The notes under the pieces were generated by a model, which was not told where the DNA came from, ran no database searches, and worked only from the letters and a program-made list of their open reading frames with translations. Of a stretch of 64,000 nucleotides of DNA, positions 1 through 9,606 are shown piece after piece. The stretch lies in the NCBI GenBank assembly GCA_049967475.1, contig JBMFSQ010000012.1, forward strand, positions 1 through 64,000. The letters are read 5' to 3'. Every line of letters begins with the position of its first letter. The first letter of the stretch is position 1. The position numbers were made by a program, and so were the translations under genes. Origin of the DNA: Chthonomonadales bacterium. GTDB taxonomy: Bacteria > Armatimonadota > Chthonomonadetes > Chthonomonadales > CAJBBX01.

Positions 1-319
1 CATTCGGCATTCGTAGGACGCAGCGGAGAAGGGGGCTGGAGCTCTGGCCCGGCAGGCCGGCTGACATCGCGCCAAGATCTAGCCAGTCCCTGATCGCGCA
101 TAACGACTGGATCCAAGGATCAGCCATGTTACGGGCAGGCACCGTTGGGCACCGCCTGTCCTGTTGGTGCCTGCTCGTTCTGTTGATGGGCCATCAGAAA
201 AGCCGGCACGCCGCCGCCTGAAGTGGGGACACAATCCGTACGGCATCCGATCCTTCCAAACGCTTCCCATACGCACGCGCCGGACGCATATGAAAGCCGG
301 CGCCAGGGAGGATCCCGCG

Positions 320-802
320 CTACGTCGTTCCTGAGCGAACGGCATCGCGGAGAGTACGCTGGACAAATGCCTCAATATCTCGGGCGGGACGAGCTCCGGT
401 TACACGCGCGATCTCTCGGCCTTCGGCGAACACCGCCATCGTGGGGATTGCCTGGATGGCGAACCGCGCAGCGAGCTCTTGCAGTTCCTCCGTGTTCACC
501 TTCGCTACGATGAAACGGCCGGAGTTGGAAGCGGCTACCCGGGCAAATTCGGGGGCGACGACCAAGCATGGTCCGCACCATGGAGCCCAAAAGTCCACCA
601 CAACCGGCAGCGCGCTGGACTGGACGAGATTGTGGAAGGCCTCCTCGGTAGGGATTTCCACAGGCTCCGCAGGTGCAGGCAGATCTGCGCCGCAATTGCC
701 GCACTGACCGCGCTGGTGGACCTTGTCGTAGGGTATGCGGTTCTTCTTACCGCATTTCGGGCAGGGAATGATTATGCCTTTGCTATCTGCCGTAACAGCC
801 AT
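320..802 (-). CDS. trxC: Thioredoxin 2 (TrxC-type) with N-terminal Zn-binding CxxC pairs
   Basis: WAPWCGPC active site; N-terminal CPKC...CGNC; ATG at 802 preceded by AAGGAG SD (ORF-track start 916 overlaps the upstream gene). Confidence 0.9.
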   Translation of the reverse strand: MAVTADSKGIIIPCPKCGKKNRIPYDKVHQRGQCGNCGADLPAPAEPVEIPTEEAFHNLVQSSALPVVVDFWAPWCGPCLVVAPEFARVAASNSGRFIVAKVNTEELQELAARFAIQAIPTMAVFAEGREIARVTGARPARDIEAFVQRTLRDAVRSGTT

Positions 803-809
803 AGCTCCT

Positions 810-2120
810 TCATCCTTCCAAGTTTGGGATGCCGGCAATCTCAAGGTTCTCCATGGCGGAGGCGAAGTCGTCTGCAGTGAGCAACCTTGGAGCGCCTGCA
901 TCGCCGGCGTCGGCAATGCGGATGAGCGCTTGCAACCCGGCTTCGTTCACAATGGCGCGCAGATCCGCCCCAGACGCGCCGTCGGTGGCAGAGGCAATGG
1001 CGCTCAGATCCACCGATGCGTCCAGTTTCACTTTACGCGTGAAAAGCTTTAGAAGTTCTAAGCGGGCAGATGCATCCGGAAGCGGGATTACAATTTCACG
1101 CGAGAGGCGGCCGCCGCGCAGCACAGCCGCGTCCAGCATATCGGGACGATTGGTGGCGCCCACAATCAACACGCGAAGGTTCGGCGTCATGCCGTCCATC
1201 TCCTGCAGAAATTGGTTGACGACCTTGTCGGAATGGATGGCCACTCCTCCCTGCCGGGCGGGAAGGAGTGCATCAATCTCATCAATGAATATGATGGAAG
1301 GAGCGGCAGCTCGGGCCTTTGCAAAGAGATCTCGCACGCGCTTTTCGGACTCGCCTACGTACATCTGATTGATATCTGCTGGGGTGATCGCGAAGAAGCG
1401 GCATTTGGCTTCGTTGGCAAGGACACGGGCAATAGTGGTTTTGCCTGTGCCCGGCGCTCCTGTAAGCAGGATGCCCGTAGGGGGTTCTACTCCCAAATCC
1501 CTCGCCAGATCGGGTTTCTCAAGCATGAGTTGCATCTGCCGGAGTTCCCGCTTTGTGCGAGGCGGCAGCACCACGTCGTCCCAGGTGAGGTGCGTCAGCG
1601 CCACAGCATCGGGTTGGAGCGGCGCCTTGGCCGCAGACGCCTCATGATGGTACTCTTGGGCAAGGGCCGCCATGCCGGCGTGGCTCGGATCCAATTCCGA
1701 AGCCTTCCGGGCCGCACGAGCTGCCTCCTGCTTGTATCCGAGCTGCCGCAGCACCTGGGCTAGATAATAGTGAGCCCGGGCATGGGTGGTATCCCTGGCG
1801 ATGGCTTCTCGAAGCCAATGCCCCGCCTCACGCAACATCCTGGCATGGACGGAGAACTTGCGACTGCGTTCCCGTGCTACCGCATCGAAGCCCAAGAGCT
1901 GGGCTCCATATCCGAGAGCCAGATCCGCCACGCTGGGCTTCACCAGTTCGGCACGCTTCCAGATCGCCCATCCCAACCGGAAGCGCGGTTCTGCTGAAGC
2001 TGGGTCCAGGTGGGCGGCTCTCCGGAAGCATTCCGCGGCGCGTTGCCAATCCTCGGCCCGGGCATGGGCAAGTCCCTGGTCCAGAGCTTGTTGGGCTTCC
2101 CGCGAAGGTTCCATCGCCAT
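810..2120 (-). CDS. TPR-repeat protein fused to a single classical-clade AAA ATPase domain
   Basis: N-terminal TPR-like helices (AEPRFRLGWA, ARAHYYLAQVL); Walker A GAPGTGKT; pore loop MYVG; Walker B IIFIDE; SRH ATNRPDMLDAAVLRGGRL. Confidence 0.85.
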   Translation of the reverse strand: MAMEPSREAQQALDQGLAHARAEDWQRAAECFRRAAHLDPASAEPRFRLGWAIWKRAELVKPSVADLALGYGAQLLGFDAVARERSRKFSVHARMLREAGHWLREAIARDTTHARAHYYLAQVLRQLGYKQEAARAARKASELDPSHAGMAALAQEYHHEASAAKAPLQPDAVALTHLTWDDVVLPPRTKRELRQMQLMLEKPDLARDLGVEPPTGILLTGAPGTGKTTIARVLANEAKCRFFAITPADINQMYVGESEKRVRDLFAKARAAAPSIIFIDEIDALLPARQGGVAIHSDKVVNQFLQEMDGMTPNLRVLIVGATNRPDMLDAAVLRGGRLSREIVIPLPDASARLELLKLFTRKVKLDASVDLSAIASATDGASGADLRAIVNEAGLQALIRIADAGDAGAPRLLTADDFASAMENLEIAGIPNLEG

Positions 2121-2211
2121 CCTTCTTTTTCTACCAGCCTACCCGATAGACCGGAGCCTTGCAGTGCCGGTTTCACGCTGGGCCGCAAATCTGCGGGTAC
2201 ACTCCTGAAGT

Positions 2212-3462
2212 ATGAAGCGTGAGCATGTCACGATAAATCGTGCTTCCCTTGGATTGGTGGTGGTCTGTGCCTGCGCCATTCTCACAGCAGGATGTAATGT
2301 AGGCTCCAAAACGCGCGTTTCCCTTCCTGAGGGCAAGGCGCGAACCGGCTCGCCCGGGCAGGGGGATCATTCCGCCATGGCGGTCGCGCCGCCGAGGGAA
2401 GATCGCACGAGGTCTGCCGGCGCCTCGAGCGCGCAAGCGCCTGGTATTGCTGGGGCACATGGCACCGAAGGAGCCTCCCGGGTACGGGCCAATGAGCTAG
2501 GCTTCGTGCCGATCCTCATGTATCATGCTGTCGGAGGACCGGCCGTTGGCCATCGCCCCAGGTATGACCGGCACGGCCTCAACATCCGGGCGGACACATT
2601 TCGCAAGCAGCTCGAGCTCATGTATCGGGCAGGGTGGTACCCCGTAAATGTGCGGGATCTGGTGTCTCCGCGCATCGAAGTGCCGGCCGGCAAGATCCCT
2701 GTTGCTCTAACCTTCGATGATGCGCGGGGGAGCCAATTCCGGTACCTGAAGGATGGCTCCATTGACCCCCAGTGCGCTGTGGGCATCCTCCTCGCATTCC
2801 ATCGAAAACATCCTGATTGGCCTCTGCGCGCCACCTTTTACGTGATGGGACGCTCCCGGTGGAACCCAGTTCCTTTTTACCAGCCGCGGCTGGATGCCAA
2901 GAAGCTCCGATGGCTGGTTGACCATGGGTGCGAGATCGGCAACCACTCCACGTCACACCGCCTTTTCACACATCTGGATCCAGCTACAGAACGATGGGAG
3001 ATCGGCGAGTGCGCCCGGTATGTAAAGCTCAGGGCGCCGGGCGCAACGATGGACACGTTTGCGCTGCCTGGTGGAGGTAAGCCTCGAAGCCATGCCGGTT
3101 GGGAAGCCCTTATGTACGGCAAGGCGTGCGGGGTTGCCTATCGCCACAAGGCGGTTCTTCTTGCGTGGGGCGGTCCGGCGCCTGCACCTGCGCGCAAGGA
3201 TTTTGACCGCTGGCGCATTCCCCGCATAGGGGCAGAACCCGGCAACATCGAGTATTGGATCCGCCACCTCACCCCTGGCGGGCGCATCCCTGCATTCGTA
3301 AGCGACGGCGTGCCGGACCTCGTGTCGGCGCCGCGCAAATACGCCGGGGCACTTGTGCGGAACTTGCCCGCTACGGTCCGGTTCGTGGCCTATGACGCCC
3401 GGCCACACGGCAGCACGCCGGTTCGGAGAAGCGCCGCGGGCAGGGGGTCCCGGAAGGGCTGA
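2212..3462 (+). CDS. Polysaccharide deacetylase (CE4/NodB-like), probable lipoprotein
   Basis: Lipobox-like LTAGC; PILMYH, ALTFDDA, ATFYV and EIGNHSTSH motifs. Confidence 0.85.
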   Translation: MKREHVTINRASLGLVVVCACAILTAGCNVGSKTRVSLPEGKARTGSPGQGDHSAMAVAPPREDRTRSAGASSAQAPGIAGAHGTEGASRVRANELGFVPILMYHAVGGPAVGHRPRYDRHGLNIRADTFRKQLELMYRAGWYPVNVRDLVSPRIEVPAGKIPVALTFDDARGSQFRYLKDGSIDPQCAVGILLAFHRKHPDWPLRATFYVMGRSRWNPVPFYQPRLDAKKLRWLVDHGCEIGNHSTSHRLFTHLDPATERWEIGECARYVKLRAPGATMDTFALPGGGKPRSHAGWEALMYGKACGVAYRHKAVLLAWGGPAPAPARKDFDRWRIPRIGAEPGNIEYWIRHLTPGGRIPAFVSDGVPDLVSAPRKYAGALVRNLPATVRFVAYDARPHGSTPVRRSAAGRGSRKG

Positions 3463-3836
3463 GGTTGCCTCCTGCCGTACAGGTTTCCGAACGAAGGACT
3501 GATGCTCATCGTTGATGTTCACGATGTTGCCGCGGCGGGACGGCCGCCGGCGCGCACCTGTTCATTCGTTGCAGCATTGCATCCTGGAACCCGGAATGCC
3601 GAACGCATCGGCAGGGCCCCAGGCATCCCTGCGGGATCTGCCGATAGGCAGGAATTCGGCAACCCGCTACGGAAACTACCGTCGAAGCGTTTGCATGCTC
3701 TTCCCGATTGTACCGCCTCTTCGGCACCTGGCCGCAGAGGAGGTAGGACGGATACAGCCGCAACCCGAGAACGCCGCACGCCGGAGGCCCGAGGAGCAAA
3801 TCCGCCGGCGAAGTACATAACGATGGAGGTGTGATC

Positions 3837-4844
3837 ATGGCTCGACCTGTTACCCTTTTTACAGGGCAGTGGGCGGACCTGCCGCTCGAGACTGTGGCCG
3901 CCAAGGCAGCACAATTTGGTTACGATGGTTTGGAACTTGCGTGCTGGGGGGACCACTTCAGCGTCACCGAAGCGACGGGACCCAACGCAGCCGAGTACTG
4001 CCGGTCTCGCCACGAGATCCTCGCCCGGCATGGGCTCAAGGTTTGGGCAATCAGCAACCACTTAGTCGGTCAGGCCGTGCTCGATCAGATTGACGAGCGG
4101 CACAAGGCGATTTTGCCGCCGCATGTGTGGGGAGACGGGGATCCGGCCGGCGTCAACCAGCGGGCCATTGAAGAGATGAAGAAGACTGCCCAAGCAGCCA
4201 AGAACCTGGGGGTGAGCGTGGTCAACGGCTTTACAGGTTCCTCAATTTGGCCGCTTGTCTACTCCTTCCCACCCGTGCTGCCCGGCCAGATCGAGCGGGG
4301 TTATGAATTGTTCGCCGAGCGTTGGAACCCCATCCTCGATGCCTTTAGAGACGCAGGCGTTCGCTTCGGGATGGAGATCCACCCCACGGAAATCTGCTTC
4401 GACATCGCATCGGCCCAGCGTGCTCTGGAGGCAATCAATAATCGCCCAGAGTTCTGCTTCAACTTCGATCCCAGTCAGATGGGATATCAAGGTGTAGATT
4501 ACGTGCGCTTCATCCTGGAGTTTGGAACCCGCATCGTACATGTCCACATGAAGGATGTATGGTGGTCACCGGTTCCCAAACGCTCGGGGGTGTGGGGCGG
4601 CCATCTCAATTTCGGCCACGTAGACCGCTATTGGGATTTTCGGTCACCGGGTCGCGGCTGCCTGAACTTCGAAGAGATCATCCGGGCGCTCAACCGCATC
4701 AACTATAACGGACCGCTTTCCGTAGAGTGGGAAGATAGCGGTATGGATCGGGAGGCAGGCGCAGCCGAAGCGTGTGCGTTCGTGCGGAAGATGGACTTCA
4801 AGGCATCCAGCATCGCCTTCGACGCCGCCTTCGCGGAAAAATAG
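3837..4844 (+). CDS. Sugar phosphate isomerase/epimerase family TIM barrel (xylose-isomerase-like, AP_endonuc_2)
   Basis: [32 protein letters not shown] metal-binding motifs; GGAGG SD before ATG 3837. Confidence 0.9.
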   Translation: MARPVTLFTGQWADLPLETVAAKAAQFGYDGLELACWGDHFSVTEATGPNAAEYCRSRHEILARHGLKVWAISNHLVGQAVLDQIDERHKAILPPHVWGDGDPAGVNQRAIEEMKKTAQAAKNLGVSVVNGFTGSSIWPLVYSFPPVLPGQIERGYELFAERWNPILDAFRDAGVRFGMEIHPTEICFDIASAQRALEAINNRPEFCFNFDPSQMGYQGVDYVRFILEFGTRIVHVHMKDVWWSPVPKRSGVWGGHLNFGHVDRYWDFRSPGRGCLNFEEIIRALNRINYNGPLSVEWEDSGMDREAGAAEACAFVRKMDFKASSIAFDAAFAEK

Positions 4845-5102
4845 GAGCACTGCCGGAAACGAAGAACACGTTTCGGTCCGCCTCTGTGTTTCGGCGACAG
4901 ATGCCCCGGCAGCGCTTCGCTTCGCCATCGCGTCGGACTGGGGGCATCGTGTAACGGTGAGGCCGCCCTTTTAAGAGGCGCCGGAGACTTCTTCGCGGCG
5001 CATCGGTCGGTCCGTCGAGTGGATTGACTGCGGTCAGAACAATGGCCGGCGCACGCTCCTTGCCGGCCACGCCGTTGGAGCGAAACAGGCCGGGAAGGGT
5101 GC

Positions 5103-5588
5103 ATGGGCGCGTCCTATACAGCCCTGGAAGCCCTTCCTCAACCTTGGGAAGGGCACGAGGGAGTTGCTGTGCTGGATGATGCTCAGTTAACCGCGCTTGT
5201 GGCAGCCGCGGGGCTGGCCCGCAGGCAGGCGTACGCTCCCTACAGCGGCTTTGCGGTAGGAGCGGCTGCGGTATCCGCCGACGGGCGGGTCTTCCTGGGC
5301 TGCAACGTTGAGAACGCATCCTACGGTCTCTCGATGTGTGCTGAGCGCAATGCTCTGGCAGCCGCCGTAGCGGGAGGAGCCCAACAACTCGTGGCTATAG
5401 TGATTGTGTCCGACGCGGTTGAGCCCTCTACGCCGTGCGGCGCATGCCGCCAATGGATGGCCGAGCTGGGAAGCAAGAATATGGAGGTCGTGGCGGCCAA
5501 CCTCAACGGTGAGGTGCACCGGTATGAATTGGAGCGATTGTTTCCCCATCCGTTCCGCCTCGGAAACAAGAAGCAGCCGGAGCCATGA
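5103..5588 (+). CDS. cdd: Cytidine deaminase (homotetrameric type)
   Basis: AYAPYSGFAVGAA, GCNVENASY, CAE and PCGACRQ Zn-binding motifs. Confidence 0.93.
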   Translation: MGASYTALEALPQPWEGHEGVAVLDDAQLTALVAAAGLARRQAYAPYSGFAVGAAAVSADGRVFLGCNVENASYGLSMCAERNALAAAVAGGAQQLVAIVIVSDAVEPSTPCGACRQWMAELGSKNMEVVAANLNGEVHRYELERLFPHPFRLGNKKQPEP

Positions 5589-5697
5589 CGAGCGGGCCGG
5601 CGTAGCCACCGGGGCGGTTCGGCTCTGCGGGCGGACATCCGCTCGTGACTGGAATATGCGGGGAGGCTGAAGCAGATTATCTTGTGGAGGAAAGCAC

Positions 5698-6876
5698 ATG
5701 AGTACCGAAAACAAGCCCATAAAAGCTGGTGTCATCGGTTATGGAGGCATCGGCAAATTCCATCTTCAAGGTTGGCTGGCCCTTCGATCCAAGGGTGTGG
5801 AACTGGCCGCGGTGTGCGATGCGGATCCCGCTAAATGGCCGGTCGTGGAGCAAGTCTACGCCGGCGCCGGTCTTCCGACACCACCGAAGGAGGGGTACCT
5901 GTACCTGGACGTAGACGAGTTCCTGGCGAAGAGCAACGTGGATGTGGTGAGCATCTGCCTGCCGAATTTCCTTCATGAACCCGTCGCCGTGAAGTGCTTC
6001 CAGAAGGGGATGCATGTCCTACTGGAGAAGCCCGCGGCCAACACGCTGGAAGGTGCCCGCAACATCGTGAAAGCCTGGCGCGCTTCTGGAAAGATCGGGG
6101 CAGCCCAGCTCAACAACAACTACACGCCCACCTATCTTCTGGCGAAGGACCTCTATGACGGCGGCGCCTTCGGAGAGCTTCAAACAGTTGATGGATGGTG
6201 GACACGCCGCAACGGGATCCCGTTCTATGGCCAGTGGTTTGGCATCAAAGAGAAGAGCGGCGGAGGCCCTGGCATAGACCTCATGCCGCATTTGTTGGGC
6301 TGGCTGCTGGGCATCATGGATTGGCCCAAACCGCGGTGGGTGTCTGCACGAGCCTTCTACAAAGAGGAGCCCGGTGCTCCCGGATATGGGCCCTACGGCG
6401 GCGGCGCCGCCGATCCCGGAGGAAAGTTTGACGTAGAGCGGCGCATCCAGGTATACGGCCAGCTCCAAAATGAGGTCACGCTCAACCTTCATACAGCTTG
6501 GGCCATGCACACGGACCTCGAGCGCATGGGCTTCCGCCTCATCGGAAGCAAGGGGACCCTCGTGATCGAACGGGTTTGGCCGATCAACGACGGCGACGAT
6601 GCCAAGGCCGTGGACACGGCCGTCTTTTATACCACGCAAGAGCGCGGTGGAAAGCCGTGGACCATCAACAAAGTCTATAATCCCGACACGGATCCAAGCA
6701 CTCGGGACGCTTTTATGGGCCGAACGAAGACGCAGCCCGAGGTGCTGGATTGCATCCGCACGGGCCGCACGCCCAAAACCAACGTCGAGCAGCTCCTTGC
6801 GATCCAGGAGATCATCCAGGCAGCCTACGATTCTGCAGACCGGGCAGGGGAGCCCATACGGTTTTCACCCGCCTAG
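5698..6876 (+). CDS. Gfo/Idh/MocA family NAD(P)-dependent oxidoreductase
   Basis: GVIGYGGIG Rossmann motif, HVLLEKP, GGGPGIDLMPH; GGAGG SD. Confidence 0.92.
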   Translation: MSTENKPIKAGVIGYGGIGKFHLQGWLALRSKGVELAAVCDADPAKWPVVEQVYAGAGLPTPPKEGYLYLDVDEFLAKSNVDVVSICLPNFLHEPVAVKCFQKGMHVLLEKPAANTLEGARNIVKAWRASGKIGAAQLNNNYTPTYLLAKDLYDGGAFGELQTVDGWWTRRNGIPFYGQWFGIKEKSGGGPGIDLMPHLLGWLLGIMDWPKPRWVSARAFYKEEPGAPGYGPYGGGAADPGGKFDVERRIQVYGQLQNEVTLNLHTAWAMHTDLERMGFRLIGSKGTLVIERVWPINDGDDAKAVDTAVFYTTQERGGKPWTINKVYNPDTDPSTRDAFMGRTKTQPEVLDCIRTGRTPKTNVEQLLAIQEIIQAAYDSADRAGEPIRFSPA

Positions 6877-7011
6877 TTGCCGCAGGAGATAGTGTTTGGG
6901 GCGGAGGCGCCGTAAGCCCGTCGGCGCGGGCATTTGGGCTACTGGGGGCAGGCGGCTGCGTCTGCCCCTAACCTTGGGACGCGGGAAGACCGTATAGCTC
7001 CGGAGAGACAG

Positions 7012-9558
7012 ATGAACCGCTTCCGGCTTTTGTGGCGGACAGCGTCCGTGGTCATCGCAGCCGTGGCGCTTGATTCCTGGGCGTGGGCTGACGTGGTTGT
7101 GCGTCGGAGCGCTGCAGTTTTGTTTCAGCAGGGACCGGCCCTCACGGTACCCTTTCTTCTGGTCAACCGCAGCCATGAGCCTTTGAGCGCGCCGCTGAAG
7201 GTTCAGGGGCTGGATATGGATGTGCAAGCCACCCAAGGCGTAGTGGGCCTCGATGCTGGGGCGTGGCGTCTCGTCCGCGCACGCGTGGCGCTCAAGTCCA
7301 ATGCGGACCGCGGCATTGTCACGTGTACCTACGGCGGTGCCGCTGCGTCTGTGGCGGTCGTTCGGGGCCTCAACCTCGCAGATCGTGACTGGCAGTGGAT
7401 CCCAGGCTCGCCGGGGAATGCAATAGATCCCGCATGGCTAACACCCGATGCGCATGGTTTGGGGTGGAGGCCCCTCCATCCGCCCGTCCTATGGCAGAAC
7501 CTCGGCTACAGCGTTTGCCGCGTGCAGTTTACCGTGCCCGCAGAATGGAAAGGCAAGATTTTGCGCCTTGTAATGGGCGCCGTAGACGACAACGATATTA
7601 CGTATCTGAACAGCCGGGAAATCGGAAGGACAAACGGGTGGGACGTCCCGCGGAATTACCTGTGTCCCGCCGCCGTCGTCCGTTGGGGGGATGTGAATAC
7701 GCTCACCATTGTGGTGGAGAATGTCAACGCGGGCGGGGGCCTCTACAAACCTCCATTCGCCATCGTCGTTGGAAGCAAGGAGCAGGCGCCAACGGGGTTG
7801 GTGCCCGCAGCGGGCCAACAAGAGAAGCTGCGCACTCGGCCATCCCCTGGGAAAGTAGGGTCGGCGCTGCCGCTTCGGCCCATACACGTGTCCGACGGTG
7901 TCTTGCGGTACCCGGACGGCTCGGAGGTCGCGCTGTGGGGCACCAACTACTATCCCCAAAGCTGGCAGCAATATGTTCACCTCAGGCAGCTAGGGATTGA
8001 TATCAAAAAGGCCATCCGCCGCGATCTGGATGATATGCAGCAAATGGGCATCCAGATCATCCGCATCCACGTCTTCGACCGTGAAATCTCCGGCGGCGAC
8101 GGCGGCCTGATCCGCAACGTGCATCTGGATTTGCTCGACTACCTTGCAGCCCAATGCAATCGGCGATCCCTTTACCTCATGCTCACACCGATCGCGTGGT
8201 GGGGAAGCCCCGTGTCCACGCCCGGCAGTTTCTCGGAGAAGACGTCCAAACCTGGGATGATGTTTGTGCCGGCAGCCCTCGACGCGGAGCAACGTTACCT
8301 CAAAGAGTTCCTCACCCACGTCAATCCGTATACAGGACGCCGCCTCGTGCAGGAGCCGTGCCTATGCGCGCTAGAGGTGCAGAACGAGCCCGCCTATTTC
8401 CAGTATGGCGACCTTTTCTCCAACGTGTATATCCCCCAGGGGGAAGCTCCCGAGGTCATCAGCCATGACAGGGCGGTGCTGCGCCGATTGTGGACGGAGT
8501 GGCTCGAGAGAAACGGTCTTGAGGCATCGGAAGCGAATTTCCACATCTTTCGATACGAACTGATGCGCCGGTATATAGCCCGAATGGTTGACGCCATTAG
8601 AGCCGCCGGCGCACATCAGCCCGTCGCCGTGTCGTCCTTCGGAGTAGATGGTGAAGATCTTGCCGAGGCCATCGGCGACAGCGCGTGCGACGCCATTACT
8701 TTGAGCACGTACCCTGGCGGCTGGGAGCATGTGAACGACGGCATAAACCTCCTGCCGGCACTCCCGCCGATGTCCCTGGATGCCGCCTACGCAAACAAGG
8801 CGCGGATCGCATACGAGTTCGATGCTCCAGCCACGAACGTTAGCTGCTACCTCTATCCTGCCATCGCGGCATGGATGCGCAGCGGCGAGGTGCAAATCGC
8901 GTGCCAGTTTCAGTACGATAGCTTCTACGATGCACGTTGGAATGTGGATTGGGCACCGCATTGGCTCAACCTGTGGTATACGCCGGGCAAAGCCGTGAGC
9001 TTCCGCGCGGCAGGTGCCGCCTTCGCTGCGCTGGAACGAGGGGTCCGCTACCCTCGTCCGAGTGATCATCTGGTGCTGGGCCCTTCGGCGACATCGTTTG
9101 CGCATAACGTCAGCATCTATGCTGATGGGAGGTTGGTATGCCATTCCCGCCCCCTTCGTCGCTGGGTCCCAATCCGGCTACCTCGAGCCCCGGCCGAGAT
9201 CATGGGGGTGGGATGTTCTCCCTATGCCGAATATGGAGGTACGGGAGCGTATACGCTCCGTCGGCGATCCCCTTACGTGATGGATCTCGTGATCCGGCCC
9301 GATGTGGAATTGGTGGGCAATTCCCTGCTGGGATCGTTCCAATCCCCAGTCGCCAACCTGTGGTACCACACGCATTGGTTCCGGCTCCTGCTGCCCGGTT
9401 GGAGTGACGCCAGGTTCCTCGCTTGGCGACACGGCCGTTGGACCGCGTTGCCGCGATGCAGGAGCGGCGTGCTCTTGAAGCCCGGATCGTACCGCATTGT
9501 CCGAAGCAGCGGCAAAGCCAGCGCATCTCCCCCGCCCGCACCCTCTGTGGGGCTATAA
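7012..9558 (+). CDS. Secreted glycoside hydrolase: jelly-roll sugar-binding domain plus clan GH-A (GH5-like) TIM barrel
   Basis: Signal-peptide-like N-terminus from ATG 7012; MGAVDDNDITYLN jelly-roll motif; LWGTNYY, IRIH, EVQNEP (acid/base) and IAYEFD (putative nucleophile). Confidence 0.72.
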   Translation: MNRFRLLWRTASVVIAAVALDSWAWADVVVRRSAAVLFQQGPALTVPFLLVNRSHEPLSAPLKVQGLDMDVQATQGVVGLDAGAWRLVRARVALKSNADRGIVTCTYGGAAASVAVVRGLNLADRDWQWIPGSPGNAIDPAWLTPDAHGLGWRPLHPPVLWQNLGYSVCRVQFTVPAEWKGKILRLVMGAVDDNDITYLNSREIGRTNGWDVPRNYLCPAAVVRWGDVNTLTIVVENVNAGGGLYKPPFAIVVGSKEQAPTGLVPAAGQQEKLRTRPSPGKVGSALPLRPIHVSDGVLRYPDGSEVALWGTNYYPQSWQQYVHLRQLGIDIKKAIRRDLDDMQQMGIQIIRIHVFDREISGGDGGLIRNVHLDLLDYLAAQCNRRSLYLMLTPIAWWGSPVSTPGSFSEKTSKPGMMFVPAALDAEQRYLKEFLTHVNPYTGRRLVQEPCLCALEVQNEPAYFQYGDLFSNVYIPQGEAPEVISHDRAVLRRLWTEWLERNGLEASEANFHIFRYELMRRYIARMVDAIRAAGAHQPVAVSSFGVDGEDLAEAIGDSACDAITLSTYPGGWEHVNDGINLLPALPPMSLDAAYANKARIAYEFDAPATNVSCYLYPAIAAWMRSGEVQIACQFQYDSFYDARWNVDWAPHWLNLWYTPGKAVSFRAAGAAFAALERGVRYPRPSDHLVLGPSATSFAHNVSIYADGRLVCHSRPLRRWVPIRLPRAPAEIMGVGCSPYAEYGGTGAYTLRRRSPYVMDLVIRPDVELVGNSLLGSFQSPVANLWYHTHWFRLLLPGWSDARFLAWRHGRWTALPRCRSGVLLKPGSYRIVRSSGKASASPPPAPSVGL

Positions 9559-9606
9559 TAAACGGGTGGCGGCGGAATATCCAACCCCCCGCCGTACGAG
9601 ACGCTT

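Noticed and set aside
1..319. Possible gene start at the left edge (e.g. minus-strand ATG near 127) and short ORFs
   Set aside because: Too little sequence and no recognisable motif to support a call
3681..3696. GTCGAAGCGTTTGCAT as a further LacI operator
   Set aside because: Only one half-site matches and it is a single copy far from the regulator
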